DNA of 63,382 nt, counting the filler, from Octopus bimaculoides (Eukaryota): NCBI RefSeq assembly GCF_001194135.2. It is 6 parts of 6 records of this genome, joined end to end, with 100 filler letters (N's around TTAATTAATTAA, not from the genome) between each part and the next. Parts side by side here need not be neighbours in the genome. Positions count along the whole stretch, not along the records: positions 1 to 24,996 come from NC_069003.1; positions 25,097 to 36,042 come from NC_068986.1; 4 more parts are not named here. One strand, 5' to 3'. Made by a program: the position numbers and the translations under genes. Shown here in pieces: positions 13,085 to 27,280 of the stretch; position 1 is the stretch's first letter; each line of letters starts with the position of its first letter. The notes under the pieces were generated by a model. It searched no databases and was not told the DNA's origin. It saw only the letters and a list, made by a program, of their open reading frames with translations.

Positions 13085-13380
13085 AATAACTGCTTAGAGC
13101 CATCTAAGGGAAACCCCTCAAAAATTCAATGGCTTCCTTGTCCACCCTCACCTTCCTTTCCAAGTGAAACTCGAAAGAGTTGAGGGCCTGGCTAAAAAGG
13201 AAAATATATGTCTTCAATCATTTCAGTCTCATCTGCCAGATAACCTCTTTCACTATGACCACAAGATAGATGAAAACTGCCTGCCCTTCCTGGCCAAAGG
13301 AGGGTGGTGGGACAATTTTCACAAAGTCCTCAACAGATCCATCCTGCACTCAACAACAGCCGATTGACAAAACTCTGATG
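13085..13380 (-). mobile_element. Probable Tx1/L1-like LINE C-terminal remnant
   Basis: Minus frame ...SQALNSFEFHLERKVRVDKE...; family assignment from memory of similar C-termini. Confidence 0.4.
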
Positions 13381-13459
13381 CTTAATGCATAGAAATTGTA
13401 CAAGTGCATGCAGAATGACTTTTGTTTTTCTTTGTACATTTTGGATAGGCCTGATAATA

Positions 13460-13716
13460 ATGGTTTCAAATTTTGCCTCAAGGTCAGCAATTTTAGGAGA
13501 GGGGATGAGTCAATCGCATCGACCCCAGTGTTTGACTGGTACTTATTTTATTGACCCTGAAAGGATGAAAGGCAAAGGTGACCTCAGTGGAATTTGAACT
13601 CAGAATGTAAAGACGGACAAAATGTTGCTAAGCATTTTGCCCAGCATGCTAATGATTCTGCCAGCTCACTACCTTAATAATGATGATGATAATAATAATA
13701 ATAATAATAATAATAA

Positions 13717-13772
<56 letters not shown>

Positions 13773-14773
13773 GTGTGAGAGGGCAGTGCATGCCATCAAA
13801 GTGACACTGGGGTAAAATATATGAAGCCCATTATACCCATCATGACTACCCGTCTGATAAGGGTACACCAGGCACATGCATCACAACCATATGTATGCAA
13901 CATAGTGATCTCATACCAAGATAAACAGTGCATGACCTCACAGGTGGGGCCCAGTTAGGATTTTCTTCAGGTCGAGTACCCCATCCCGCTCAAAAGGTCT
14001 CTGAATAAGGTTTGTTTAAGGATGTTGAGCAAAACACTCATGTTTCCAAAGGTGAAATATCATTATTATTATTATTATTATTATTTCAAATTTTGACACA
14101 AGGCCAGAAATTTTGGAGGAGGGAATAAGTCAATTACATTGACCCCTAGTGCTCGACTAGTAATTATCTTATCGACCCTGAATGGATGAAAGGCAAAGCC
14201 AACCTCGGTGGAATTTGAACTAAGAACATGAAGACAGACGAAATGCTGCTAAGTGTTTTGTCCCGCATGCTAACATTGTGTCAGCTAGCCACCTGGATAA
14301 TAGTTATAATTAAAGGTATCAAACTTTGGTACCGGAACAGCAGTTTTCAAGGGGAGGGGAGGGGAGGAGAAGTCGATTACATTGACTCCATTACTTGACT
14401 GCTACTTATTTTATCAATCTCAAAAGGATGAAAGGTAAAGTCGGCCTTACCGGAATTTGAGCTCAGAACATAAAGCTGGGCAAAATGCTGCCAAGCATTT
14501 TGTCCAGTGTGCTAATGGTTCTGCCAGCTTGCTGCCTTAATAATAATAATAATCCTTTCTGTTATAGGCACAAAGCCTGAAATTTGTGGGATGAGGGCAC
14601 TTGTCAATTATCTCTTCCCCAATGCTTAACTGGGGACTTGTTTCATTGATTACAAAAGGGATGACAGATAAAGTCTACCTTGGTAGAATTTGAACTCAGA
14701 ATGTAAAGCTAGAAGAAATGTTGCTTCATATTTTGTCCAATATGCTAACCATTCTGCCAGCTCACCACCTTCA

Positions 14774-14813
<40 letters not shown>

Positions 14814-15290
14814 GTTTCAAATTTTGGCACTTGGACACCAATTTTGAGAAACATATTAAGTCAATTACATAATAATAATAATAGTAATAATAATAATAAT
14901 AATAATAATTATTATTATTATTATTATTATTATTGTTATTATTATTATTTTATGTTTGACTTTTGCTTTGCATTTGTACAAGTTGGATCCAAGTTTCACC
15001 CAGAGACCTCAAGAAACAACAAGTTAGAAGTTCATGTAGGTGTTACGCCTAGGGTACCATATATTTGGATTTGTACATAGTGTTGTTCTAGAGAATGTTT
15101 AAGAAACCATAACAAAATTATGTGTTTGTTTTAAAATTTGAGATTACATAGAAAGTATTTTACAAGGCACAAGATCTGAAGTTTTAGAGGAGGGACTAAT
15201 CAATTACATTGACTCCAGTGTTCAGTTGGTATTTATTTTATCGCCCCCCCCCCCCCGGCCACCAAAAGATGAAAGGCAGAATTGAAACGA
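13460..15290 (-). mobile_element. Cluster of at least 5 co-oriented SINE family B copies separated by (TAA)n
   Basis: Repeated gaaaggatgaaaggcaaag...ggaatttgaactcagaa...ctgccagctc units at ~13460-13675, 14075-14295, 14320-14540, 14560-14770, 15170-15290. Confidence 0.9.
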
Positions 15291-16476
15291 TACTAATAGT
15301 AATCTGATTGTAAATTTATTATTGTCTGTTGGTAATTTGTCTTGATTTACAGTTGTATCTTCCCAAGCATGTAAATACTACCACCACAACCACAACCACA
15401 ATTACTGACTACTACTACTACTACTACTCCTCCTACTACTACTACTATTACTACTTCTACTACTACTACTCTGTTTTACTTTCTGATGATTTACATGTTG
15501 ATCAGTTTTGCTGTTATCAAATGTGAAAATGAAGTTAAAGGTTGAACAAAAATGGAAGTATAATTATCTGGCACGGTGGGGGAAGTGGAGATTAAAAATG
15601 ATAATGATGATGATGATGATGATGATGATGCTGCCTAACAGGCTTGAGACCAGAATTTTCTTAATCATTAAACCATTTCTGGTAAACTGCCACTGTTAAG
15701 AATAATAATAATAACAACAATAAAAAATAATCAGCTTGAAATTATCAAATTTACAACACTAAACATTAAACAAAAAAATGGGACCCAAGATATTGATATC
15801 AAGGAACCAAAATGAACCAAATATTCTCAAAGTAAAAATACAAAATCTGATACAATAATGGGGTATTATCATTCGAAAAGAAAAAAAAACTTGCAGATTC
15901 ATATTTTAAGAAAGGTAAAAATATATTAGAAAAGGTAAACTAACCAGTTTTCCCCTTTTATTTATGGATGACCTAAAATTATTAGGTGTCCTGACCTAGT
16001 GGTTATGGTGTTGCCCTAACAATCACAAGATCATGGTTATTATTCCCAGACAGGTCATTGAATTGTATCCTTAAGCAAAACACTTCATGTTGCCTCAGTC
16101 CACTCAGTTGTAAATTAGTAGCCCTGCAACAAACTGGTGTCCTGTTCAGGGGAAATTGTTTTGATGTCAGTCACTTATATCCTGCAGAAACCAGGTAAAC
16201 GGTTCCTTGAGTCCTAGGGTTCAAGGCAGTAATGTCTAGGGTTTGATGATGATGAAATTATTGGTTTCAGACTTTGGCACAAAGACCAGCAAGTTCGGCT
16301 GAGGTGGGTAAACCGTTTACATTGACCCCAGTTCTCAGTAGGTGCTTATTTTGTCAAACCCCAAAACGATGAATGGTAAAGTCAACCTTGGTGGAATTTG
16401 AACTCAGAGCGTAATGATGGATGAAATGTCACTGCGTATTTTGTATGGCATGATAATAATAATAATAATAACAATA

Positions 16477-16875
16477 GGCGCAGGAGTGGCTGTGTGGTAA
16501 GTAGCTTGCTTACCAACTACTTGGTTCCAGTTTCATTCCCACTGTGTGGCACTTTGGACAAGTGTCTACTACTATAGCCTTGGGCTGACCAAAGCCTTGT
16601 GAGTGGATTTGGTAGACGCAAATTGAAAGAAGCCTGTCGTATATGTGTATGTATATATATATGTGTGTGTATATATTTGTGTGTCTGTGTTTGTCCCCCC
16701 CAACATCGCTTGACAACCAATGGTGATGTGTTTACGTCCCTGTAACTTAGTGGTTCGGCAAAAGAGACCGATAGAATAAATACTAGGCTTCCAAAGAATA
16801 AGTCCTGGGGTCGATTTGCTCCACTAAAGGCGGTGCTCCAGCAAGGCTACAGTCAAATGACTGAAACAAGTAAAA
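16477..16875 (+). mobile_element. SINE family A, full length with internal (TA/TG)n
   Basis: Head ggcgcaggagtggctgtgtggtaag; tail ...gtcaaatgactgaaacaagtaaaag. Confidence 0.92.
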
Positions 16876-17138
16876 GAGAGAAGAAAAAAAAAAAATAATA
16901 ATAATAATGGCTTCAAATTTTGGCACAAGAGCAGCAAGTTCAGGAGAGTTGAGTAAGTCGATTACATCGACCACAACACTCAACTAGAACTTATTTTATT
17001 GACCCCAAACGATAAAGGGTAAAGTTGACCTCAGCAAAATTTGAACTCAGAATGTAAAGACGGACAAAATGCCACTAAGCATTTTGTCTTGGCATGCTAA
17101 TGATTCCGCCAGCTCACCAGCCTATGATGATTAAATTA

Positions 17139-18200
17139 TTATGGATGACCTGAAATTGTTTGACGAAAATGAATATCAACTCAACATTTCAGTGAACAGT
17201 GTACAAGTATTCAGTCAGGGCATAAGGCTGGAATTTGGCATTAATGAGTGTAGTATCCCTTATCATGAAGAAGGAGAAATTGTCTGAGATAAGAAGCATT
17301 GAGCTCTCTACAGAAAAACATATAAAGTGAATTGATAAGGAAACTGAATACAAGTGTTTAGGAGTTTTGGAAGCTGGTCACGTAGAATACAAAAAAAAAA
17401 AAATGTCTAAGAACACAATGCAAAACCTTAGGAGTAAGAAGTTATCTTAAGTCCTTGAACATGAAAGATGTTTATCAAAATGTCAACTCATGTGCTGAAT
17501 CAATCATTTCTTTGAAACTGAGGTTGGGATTTCTTCAACTGGAACACACAATAACTAGAGGACATTGACTGGAAAACTAGAAAGCGGCTGAAAATATTGG
17601 CTATGTTTGACAAAACCAAGTGTAATATCTAATATCAATGGATTGTATACGGACCAATGGTGGAAGAAAGATGACTGGCATAAAAGACTGTGTTGTTATG
17701 AACTGCTGTCTGTACAAGTATTTGTCGGAATGTAAAGGGCACTGAATGCTGAAAAAGATAAAAAAAAGATATCACGGATAGCTGGAAAGAAAGGCTGAAC
17801 AAGAAAAAAAATTTATAAATCCTCTTCAAGAACTCTTTCCGAAGAAAGTCACAGAAGTCATTATAATATCAGCCTAGAACATGAGAGGAGAGAAAAGATA
17901 TAGATACGGTGGAAGATGTATTGCCACTATGTCGATTGTGCAGGGAAAGATACTAGAACTTGTGTGATAATAAATGTAGTCGGCTTATTAGACTTAAGGG
18001 TGAAGGGTAAAGAAAACAAAAATACTAGATAAATATCAGGACCTAAACTGCAGAGAAATAGTGGTAATTCCTTTTAATAATAGGTTCACTAAGTACAATG
18101 TCTAAAAATATCTCTAAATGGCTTTCTATAATGGCAATTAACTTAATGACACTAAAGAAAGTGTCTGAAGGCTGCAGCTAGAATCTTAAGATATGTGCTG
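17139..18200 (+). mobile_element. R4/Dong-like (REL-type) non-LTR retrotransposon remnant
   Basis: MDDLKLF...VFSQGIRLEFGINEC...MKK.K...EYKCLGVLE matches the R4-clade RT domain 5-7 pattern; downstream LCRLC Zn-knuckle-like remains. Confidence 0.8.
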
Positions 18201-19517
18201 AATATCTCCAAGCAAAAGTTGAGGTTTGATCCCCACTGAACAAAACTGACAGAGCTTCAAACACCACCACTGTGTGATAAATAATCATCATCATCCTTTA
18301 ACATATGCTTTCCATGCTGGCATGAGTTGGATGGATTGACAGGAAGTGGAAAGTCAGAAGATTGCACCAAGCTCTGCCGTCTGTTTCAACATGGTTTCTA
18401 TGGCTGGATGCCCTTCCTAATGCCAACCATTTTACAGAGTGTACTGGTTGCTTTTTACATCGTACCAGCAGCAGTGAGGTCAGGAAGTAACTTGCTGGAC
18501 GAGACTCCTCAACTGACAGGGAGTAGTAAAAGGTGTTTTGCATTAGATGAGAAACATGGATACCTCAAATGGAGAGAGAGAGAGAGAGAGGAAAGAGAGA
18601 AGATAGTGAAGATGTGATGGAGATGGTGCATACATCCAAGTTACTAGGAGGCGTATATAGAGAGGCAGACTGGGGATTAGAATGGGTGAGCGGGTGCATG
18701 AGTTCACAAGATTGCGAAAGCTGAGTGGAAGATGGAGGGGCAGAATGTAAGGGGTGGGCACAGGTAGAGGGAGGGGTATAAGGAGGATAAATTGTGAGGA
18801 AGAGATTTGGCAGAGACATATTGTGGGCAAGTAGGTTCGTGAGGGAGAGCAAAGGAGAATACAATGGGTAGTGAGCACAGGTGGGGTAGGATGGGAGGAG
18901 GCATGGACACAAAGGACATGTCTTTATGGCCTTGATTTTATTTAGCTGGAGGGGTCTTCTCAAGCACAGCAAATCACCAATTGTTTTGTTCTTTGTCAAC
19001 TCCTCTGTGAGGCTCAGCATCTAAAGATCATTTATAACCACTTCCGCCCCTGTCTGGGTCTTCCTCTTCTACAGGCTCTCTCCACATTTAGAGATCAGCA
19101 GCTGTCCTCATCCATATGCATCACATGACCATACCAGTGCAGTCGTCTCTCTTGCACACTACATCTGATGCCTCTTATACCTGGCTTTTCTCTCAACACA
19201 TTTACATTTTGTCATACATGCACACTGACATTGCACATCCAGTGCAGCATGCTTTGATGGCTTCATTTCTTTCAAGCTTTTGCACGTACTCTGCAAAAAC
19301 TTGGTTTCCCTGGTTTCTCTGGGAATATATCTACTCCCCACCGGATGGGATGCCAGTGTGTCAAAGGATTATAATTCTACCAGCTGAATCAACTGAAGCA
19401 AAATGAAATGAAATGTTTTTTTCAAGAACACAATGCATTACCTGGTCCAGGAATCAAAACCACAATCTTATGACCATGAGTTTAACACCCTAACCACTAA
19501 GCCATGTGCCTACACAA

Positions 19518-19559
<42 letters not shown>

Positions 19560-19753
19560 CTTTTACTCTTTTACGTGTTTCAGTCATTTGACTGCGGCCA
19601 TGCTGGAGCACCGTCTTTTAGTCAAGGAAATCTACACCAGGACTTATTCTTTGGAAGCCTAGTACTTATTCTATCGGTCTCTTTTGCCGAACCGCTAAGT
19701 TACAGGGACATAAACATACCACCATAGGTTGTCAAGCGATGTTGAGGGAACAA

Positions 19754-19784
<31 letters not shown>

Positions 19785-21619
19785 NNNNNNNNNNNNNNNN
19801 NNNNNNNNNNNNNNNNNNNNNNNNNNNNNNNNNNNNNNNNNNNNNNNNNNNNNNNNNNNNNNNNNNNNNNNNNNNNNNNNNNNNNNNNNNNNNNNNNNNN
19901 NNNNNNNNNNNNNNNNNNNNNNNNNNNNNNNNNNNNNNNNNNNNNNNNNNNNNNNNNNNNNNNNNNNNNNNNNNNNNNNNNNNNNNNNNNNNNNNNNNNN
20001 NNNNNNNNNNNNNNNNNNNNNNNNNNNNNNNNNNNNNNNNNNNNNNNNNNNNNNNNNNNNNNNNNNNNNNNNNNNNNNNNNNNNNNNNNNNNNNNNNNNN
20101 NNNNNNNNNNNNNNNNNNNNNNNNNNNNNNNNNNNNNNNNNNNNNNNNNNNNNNNNNNNNNNNNNNNNNNNNNNNNNNNNNNNNNNNNNNNNNNNNNNNN
20201 NNNNNNNNNNNNNNNNNNNNNNNNNNNNNNNNNNNNNNNNNNNNNNNNNNNNNNNNNNNNNNNNNNNNNNNNNAAAACAATAATAAAGAAGGAACTTCAT
20301 GATTAGGACAGATTTATGTTTTCAGAATATTTGAAGGCAATTAAAACACCAGACAGATTTTTTAATTAAAAAACCAATATAACAACCAAAACTGGTCACT
20401 AAGTATTTCTGTTTTTAATTATTAATTATACCTTTTAATTGATTTATGTTCTTAATTTTCTAACATTTATTTTTGTTTTATAGTAAAATATATTTCTTTG
20501 GTTTTTACAATAAAAGACATTTATTTTGCAGGAAAATCTTTTCTACTTTCTTAATTTTTCTCATTTCTTAATTTAATTGCAAATTTTTTGTTGTTTCTTT
20601 TCAATAAATTTTTTTTTTTTCCTTTTTAGTCTTGAATCAGGTTTAGTTAGTTTCAGCTATATGTATGTTTGTGTTTATATGTATGTAATGATATATGTGT
20701 ATATATGTACATATATTATGTGTATCTACGTTTATGTATGTGTATAATTGTTAATTGCAAAAAGAAAACGTTTTGATTAAACATTGTGCGTGTGCACGTG
20801 TGCACCTATACACATACATTCACGTATGAATTTATGGTGGAAATATTGACAGAATCATTATAGTATGAGACAAAAATACCTTATTGTGATTGTATATTTT
20901 GAATTCAAATCTTGCTGTGGTCATCTCTGCTTTTCACCTTATTGGTCTCAATGGAATAAAGTACCAGTCAAGTACTGAAAAGTCAATACAATAGATCGGT
21001 TCCTTCCTCAGGCAAAAAGATTACTTAGTCTATTCACCCGTTGGTGGATTCCTCTGAACACTGAAGCATCAAGCATTGATTTGATTCAACCACGATAGAG
21101 CATGGAATTGCCATAATACAATATATATATGTATTTAAATATCTTATCATCTTGTTGCTGCTGCTGCTGTGACTGAGATTGTTACTGTTACTACTCTTGC
21201 TACTACCACACTTGCTGCTTTTGCTGCTGCTGCTACTGCGACTATTGCTGCTGCTGTTGCTACTATTGTTGCTGTTGTTGTGGCTGTGGACCTCTACCTT
21301 CAAACAGTAGATTCTCCTCTTACCTCTGCCTTCAAGGTAGATGGATGGATGGATAGATAGATAGATAGATAGATAGATATCCATCCATTTATCGTTGAAC
21401 GTCCATGTTCCATGCTGGCATGGATTGGACAGTTTGACTGAGGTCTGGAAAGCCAGCGGTTGCACCAGGCTCCAATCTGATTTGGTAATGTTTCTACAAC
21501 TAGATGCCCTTCCTAATGCCAACCACTCCAAGAGTGTAGCGGGTGCTTTTTATGTGCCACCGGCTCAGGAGCCAGTCAGGGGGCACTGGCATCAGCCATG
21601 TTTGGATGCTGCTTTTTAC

Positions 21620-21657
<38 letters not shown>

Positions 21658-22426
21658 CAAAAGTAAATGAGTATATGCATATATACGTACAGGTATGTGC
21701 ATACCGACATCCACCTGTATGTATAGGTGCATATCNNNNNNNNNNNNNNNNNNNNNNNNNNNNNNNNNNNNNNNNNNNNNNNNNNNNNNNNNNNNNNNNN
21801 NNNNNNNNNNNNNNNNNNNNNNNNNNNNNNNNNNNNNNNNNNNNNNNNNNNNNNNNNNNNNNNNNNNNNNNNNNNNNNNNNNNNNNNNNNNNNNNNNNNN
21901 NNNNNNNNNNNNNNNNNNNNNNNNNNNNNNNNNNNNNNNNNNNNNNNNNNNNNNNNNNNNNNNNNNNNNNNNNNNNNNNNNNNNNNNNNNNNNNNNNNNN
22001 NNNNNNNNNNNNNNNNNNNNNNNNNNNNNNNNNNNNNNNNNNNNNNNNNNNNNNNNNNNNNNNNNNNNNNNNNNNNNNNNNNNNNNNNNNNNNNNNNNNN
22101 NNNNNNNNNNNNNNNNNNNNNNNNNNNNNNNNNNNNNNNNNNNNNNNNNNNNNNNNNNNNNNNNNNNNNNNNNNNNNNNNNNNNNNNNNNNNNNNNNNNN
22201 NNNNNNNNNNNNNNNNNNNNNNNNNNNNNNNNNNNNNNNNNNNNNNNNNNNNNNNNNNNNNNNNNNNNNNNNNNNNNNNNNNNNNNNNNNNNNNNNNNNN
22301 NNNNNNNNNNNNNNNNNNNNNNNNNNNNNNNNNNNNNNNNNNNNNNNNNNNNNNNNNNNNNNNNNNNNNNNNNNNNNNNNNNNNNNNNNNNNNNNNNNNN
22401 NNNNNNNNNNNNNNNNGACAAACTCA

Positions 22427-22625
22427 GACACACAAACACACATACATATATATACATATATACGACAGGCTTCTTTCAGTTTCTGTCTGCCAAATCCACT
22501 CACAAGGCTTTGGTCGGCCCAAGGCTATAGTAGAAGACACTTGCCCAAGGTGCCACGCAGTGGGACTGAACCCGGAACCATGTGGCTGGTAAGCAAGCTA
22601 CTTACCACACCGCCACTTCTGCGCC
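22427..22625 (-). mobile_element. SINE family A
   Basis: Reverse-complement match to the 16477 copy. Confidence 0.9.
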
Positions 22626-23375
22626 TGTGTTAATAATTTTTTTATTTTAATAACTTAAAGCTTTCTTTTTCTGTTAAAAGAGAGCAATTGAGCAAATAAA
22701 TTACAAAATCTTGGAAATGATCCCTTGTGGCTGGCGTTCATTTTAATTAGATATTAGATATTACTTGTTATTACAGAAGTTAAATGTTGTCTTAACTGAC
22801 AGTTAATAGCTGCATTGAATTGGCAGTTGATATTATTATCATAATAACCAGATGTATACACCACACCCCCACAACATACACATATATATTATTATATGCA
22901 TGTGTGTTTAAATGTCATTTCCACATGTCCTCATTAACCCCACCACAACATGGCAAAAGATTAATATGTCTTTACTAACAAGAGAATGTAAGCTACAAGT
23001 CCAATAGTTGTGTGAGGAGCAGCCAGTGAAATGAAAATATTGTTACTTAAATAAGATGAAGGTCGGAAGTGGGAAGAGCATCCAGCTGTTGAAAATCTGC
23101 CTCAACATATTTTTCTAACCCATGACAGCATGGAAAGTTGGATGTGAAAATGAATGTGCATTCACATATACACATATATGAATGTGTGTAAGCTTTTGTG
23201 TGTGTGCGTATGTATGTGTATGTGTATGTATGTATGTATGTATATACATATATATNNNNNNNNNNNNNNNNNNNNNNNNNNNNNNNNNNNNNNNNNNNNN
23301 NNNNNNNNNNNNNNNNNNNNNNNNNNNNNNNNNNNNNNNNNNNNNNNNNNNNNNNACAGGGATGCTGTCAGTAAG

Positions 23376-24190
23376 GTGAGGGTTGGCAATGAGTACAGTG
23401 AAGAAGACCTTTGGAAATATGCTGTGTTTGAGAAGACTTGGCAAGCTAAGTGAGACCATAACCTGTGGCCTATGCCAGTGGTGTAACCAGCCTACTTATG
23501 CATACCTTTCCTTTGTTGGACACTAAACTCTACTTGCGAAGACCTGTTGAGGCAAGTGAAATCAAAATCAAATTCAATGACAGCACAGAAAACAGATTTT
23601 CTCAAATGCTTAGAAGGATTCTTAGAGATAGTACATGATTTCTGTTACCTAATTAGCAGTGGAGGAGGATGCGCTGAAAGCAAAGTCACTAGAATAAGAA
23701 TAGGCTAGTGGAAGTTTCAGAAAACTGTTACTTCTGTTAGTAACAAAAGCCAGATTGTATGATGCTTGTGTATGAACAACAGTACTACATGGTAGTAGTG
23801 AAACTTGTGCTGTGGAAGCAGAGGGCATGCAAAGACTAGAAAGAAATGAAGCTATCATACCCAGATAAATGTGCGATATCAGTGTGCAAGGACAAAAAGG
23901 AGCAAATGGATTGAGAGAAAAATTGAGCATAAGAAGCAACAGATGTAGTATGCAAGAGAGAAAAACTGTGCTGGTATGGTTGTGTGATGTGTATGAATTA
24001 GGACAACTGTATAAAGGAAGTGCCAATCGATAAATGTGAATGGAACATTTAGCAGAGGGAAACTCAAGGAAACATGGAATGAAGTAGTAAAGAATGATCT
24101 CTAGATGTTGAGTCTTATGAAGGAGGTGACACAAGATTGAGATGATTGGTGATTTACTGTGCTTCAGAAACCCCATCCACTTTGGCACAA
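23376..24190 (+). mobile_element. RTE-clade LINE fragments, same family as 2885-3470
   Basis: Homologous to 2930-3450 (agtggaggaggatgc...ctagaataagaatag...gactagaaagaaatgaa). Confidence 0.8.
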
Positions 24191-24816
24191 ATTAAACCCT
24201 AAAAGCATATAATCTATGTGTGTCTCTGCTACCCCTATGTATCTCAAACTTCATCTCTGGCACTGTATATTTCTTGCATATTGCCCACTCTTCACATCAC
24301 TTGTGCTGCCACCTATCACCTCCCTGTCCTGATCCTATTTCCTCCACTTTTCCTTTTCCAAATTGGTATTCCCCATCGACCACATCCCTACTTGTGTTCA
24401 CCATTCACTGCATTCATATTTATCCCTACTTCTACCCATCTGCCATTCTCCTTTCAAACTCTTGTAAACTTACCTACCTAGTCATTCTGCCCAATCCTCT
24501 GGACCGCTTCTCTTATGTTCACCTTCCTGTAACTTGAAGGTATACTGGGGTAGCCATGTATCCCCTCTACTGCAAGGTACTTGTTTCTATCCCTTTACCA
24601 TACTCTAACCGCTTACCACCTGGCATAAACTATGCTCTTTCAATAGTACACCACCCTCTTAAGCTGCATGGACACCTCACACTACACTTCTCTGTATTAG
24701 ATCATCATGTGGTCTGAAAGCCAAGTCCTTTAGAGAAGCTTCCTGTGATAGACAACCAATTCTCTGAATCCATATCTTATACTACAAATATATATATATA
24801 TACATCTTGTAATCAC

Positions 24817-24889
24817 CTGTAGAGATGCATCTACACTGTTGGATACTCCTAAACGAGTTGCTAAGCATTCCACACGTGAGCGATCAATG
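24817..24889 (-). CDS. Candidate exon 3 of minus-strand secreted-protein model (IDRSRVECLATRLGVSNSVDASLQ)
   Basis: ggaaccttctag acceptor, CAG|gtgatt donor, 73 nt, phase 2-0, in frame with 29781-29749. Confidence 0.4.
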
Positions 24890-24996
24890 CTAGAAGGTTC
24901 CAAACAATTGTAGTAATTAATAAACATTCTCATATCTTCCATCTTCTGTCTCTCTCATTATATACATACATACATCCATATATATATATATATATA

Positions 24997-25096
24997 NNNN
25001 NNNNNNNNNNNNNNNNNNNNNNNNNNNNNNNNNNNNNNNNTTAATTAATTAANNNNNNNNNNNNNNNNNNNNNNNNNNNNNNNNNNNNNNNNNNNN
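24997..25096. other. Artificial scaffold linker N44-TTAATTAATTAA-N44 (also 36043-36142, 45471-45570, 58249-58348, 60851-60950)
   Basis: Five identical, exactly 100-nt constructs; the 12-mer gives stops in all six frames. Confidence 0.97.
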
Positions 25097-25102
25097 GCTC
25101 CG

Positions 25103-25206
25103 ACTCCTATTTCTCTTCACTCCTACTTCTCTTCACTCCTACTTCTCTTCACTCCTACTTCTCTTCACTCCTACTTCTTTTCACTCCTACTTCTTTTCAC
25201 CCCTAC
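25103..25206. repeat. 16-bp minisatellite (ctcctacttctcttca) x ~6
   Basis: Direct reading. Confidence 0.95.
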
Positions 25207-25792
25207 TCTCTTTCTCTCTTCTCTCATACCCACCTTCCCCTTCCCCTTCATTGTCAACCGTCACTCATAAGCCCACCCCACCCCTACACATTCCTACCTC
25301 ACCTTCCCTATCCTTCCCATCCCTACACCCTCTCCCACATACCTCACCCTCTACCTACCCCACCCTCTATCTACCCCACCCACTACCTACCCCACTCTCT
25401 ACCTACCCTACGCTCTGCCTACCCACATACCCCACCTCTACCGCCATCCGTGCTTTCCTCACTGTCGCCTTCCCCACCTCCCAACACATCACATCACACC
25501 ACACTACACCATAACCGCACAACACATCACATCACAACACACCACCATGCACAGACCAGCACTGACCAATTCTTATCCCCACATTTTCACGCATACACCT
25601 ACACACACGCACACGTCAAGATCACCAGCCTTCTTTCAAACGCAGACACACTCACTTACACACGCGCTCACCTTCGTTTTGGGATCACTATTACTTTGTT
25701 ATCTCCCCTTCTTAGCGCTCCTGTGTTACCATGATAGATCGCTAACCACTACACCCATTTTTTTCGCTCCTTGTTGCTTTCTGTGTTCCCTT

Positions 25793-25820
25793 CTGTGGAA
25801 GAGCGTAGGCTCGAAACGTT
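25793..25820 (+). ncRNA. Degenerate minimal hammerhead-ribozyme motif (Penelope-type)
   Basis: CTGTGGA-A-GAGC-gtag-GCTC-GAAA-CGTT: intact stem II and GAAA; core deviates from CUGANGA. Confidence 0.5.
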
Positions 25821-26697
25821 AAAGACTTTTTCAATTCCCAAGCGTTATACTAATATATTTTGTTGGTTTCTACACCACCTGTCTTCGTCTTTTGTGTTTT
25901 TTATGAATTCTCCCTATATATATATATATATATATNNNNNNNNNNNNNNNNNNNNNNNNNNNNNNNNNNNNNNNNNNNNNNNNNNNNNNNNNNNNNNNNN
26001 NNNNNNNNNNNNNNNNNNNNNNNNNNNNNNNNNNNNNNNNNNNNNNNNNNNNNNNNNNNNNNNNNNNNNNNNNNNNNNNNNNNNNNNNNNNNNNNNNNNN
26101 NNNNNNNNNNNNNNNNNNNNNNNNNNNNNNNNNNNNNNNNNNNNNNNNNNNNNNNNNNNNNNNNNNNNNNNNNNNNNNNNNNNNNNNNNNNNNNNNNNNN
26201 NNNNNNNNNNNNNNNNNNNNNNNNNNNNNNNNNNNNNNNNNNNNNNNNNNNNNNNNNNNNNNNNNNNNNNNNNNNNNNNNNNNNNNNNNNNNNNNNNNNN
26301 NNNNNNNNNNNNNNNNNNNNNNNNNNNNNNNNNNNNNNNNNNNNNNNNNNNNNNNNNNNNNNNNNNNNNNNNNNNNNNNNNNNNNNNNNNNNNNNNNNNN
26401 NNNNNNNNNNNNNNNNNNNNNNNNNNNNNNNNNNNNNNNNNNNNNNNNNNNNNNNNNNNNNNNNNNNNNNNNNNNNNNNNNNNNNNNNNNNNNNNNNNNN
26501 NNNNNNNNNNNNNNNNNNNNNNNNNNNNNNNNNNNNNNNNNNNNNNNNNNNNNNNNNNNNNNNNNNNNNNNNNNNNNNNNNNNNNNNNNNNNNNNNNNNN
26601 NNNNNNNNNNNNNNNNNNNNNNNNNNNNNNNNNNNNNNNNNNNNNNNNNNNNNNNNNNNNNNNNNNNNNNNNNNNNNNNNNNNNNNNNNNNNNNNNN

Positions 26698-26734
<37 letters not shown>

Positions 26735-26765
26735 ATGTGTATATATATATATATGGGTATGTATG

Positions 26766-26800
<35 letters not shown>

Positions 26801-27242
26801 ATGTTTGTATGTATATATTATAGAACCGTGCGCCTACCACAGAAAGCTCATCTAGTAGACCACATAATAATTCAATACGCACGCACATATGCATATGTGA
26901 GTGAGTCCGTGTGTGTATGAGTATGTGTGTGCGTGTACGTGTGTGTATGTATGTGTGCATATGTGTATGTGTATGTGTACGTATGTGTATGTGTACGTAT
27001 ATGTACTTAGTAGTTTTATCAATATATTCTATAATCAAACTTTTATTTTTATTCTGTTTTATATCGTATCCTTCAAACAACAGTTTATCATTAGCCAAAC
27101 TTTATCTCCAATTTAACCAGGATGTTGTATTACAACACATGCGTACATATATACATACATACATACATACATGCATGCATACATACATATATACATATAT
27201 ACCTATATATNNNNNNNNNNCACACACAAACACACACACACA

Positions 27243-27280
<38 letters not shown>

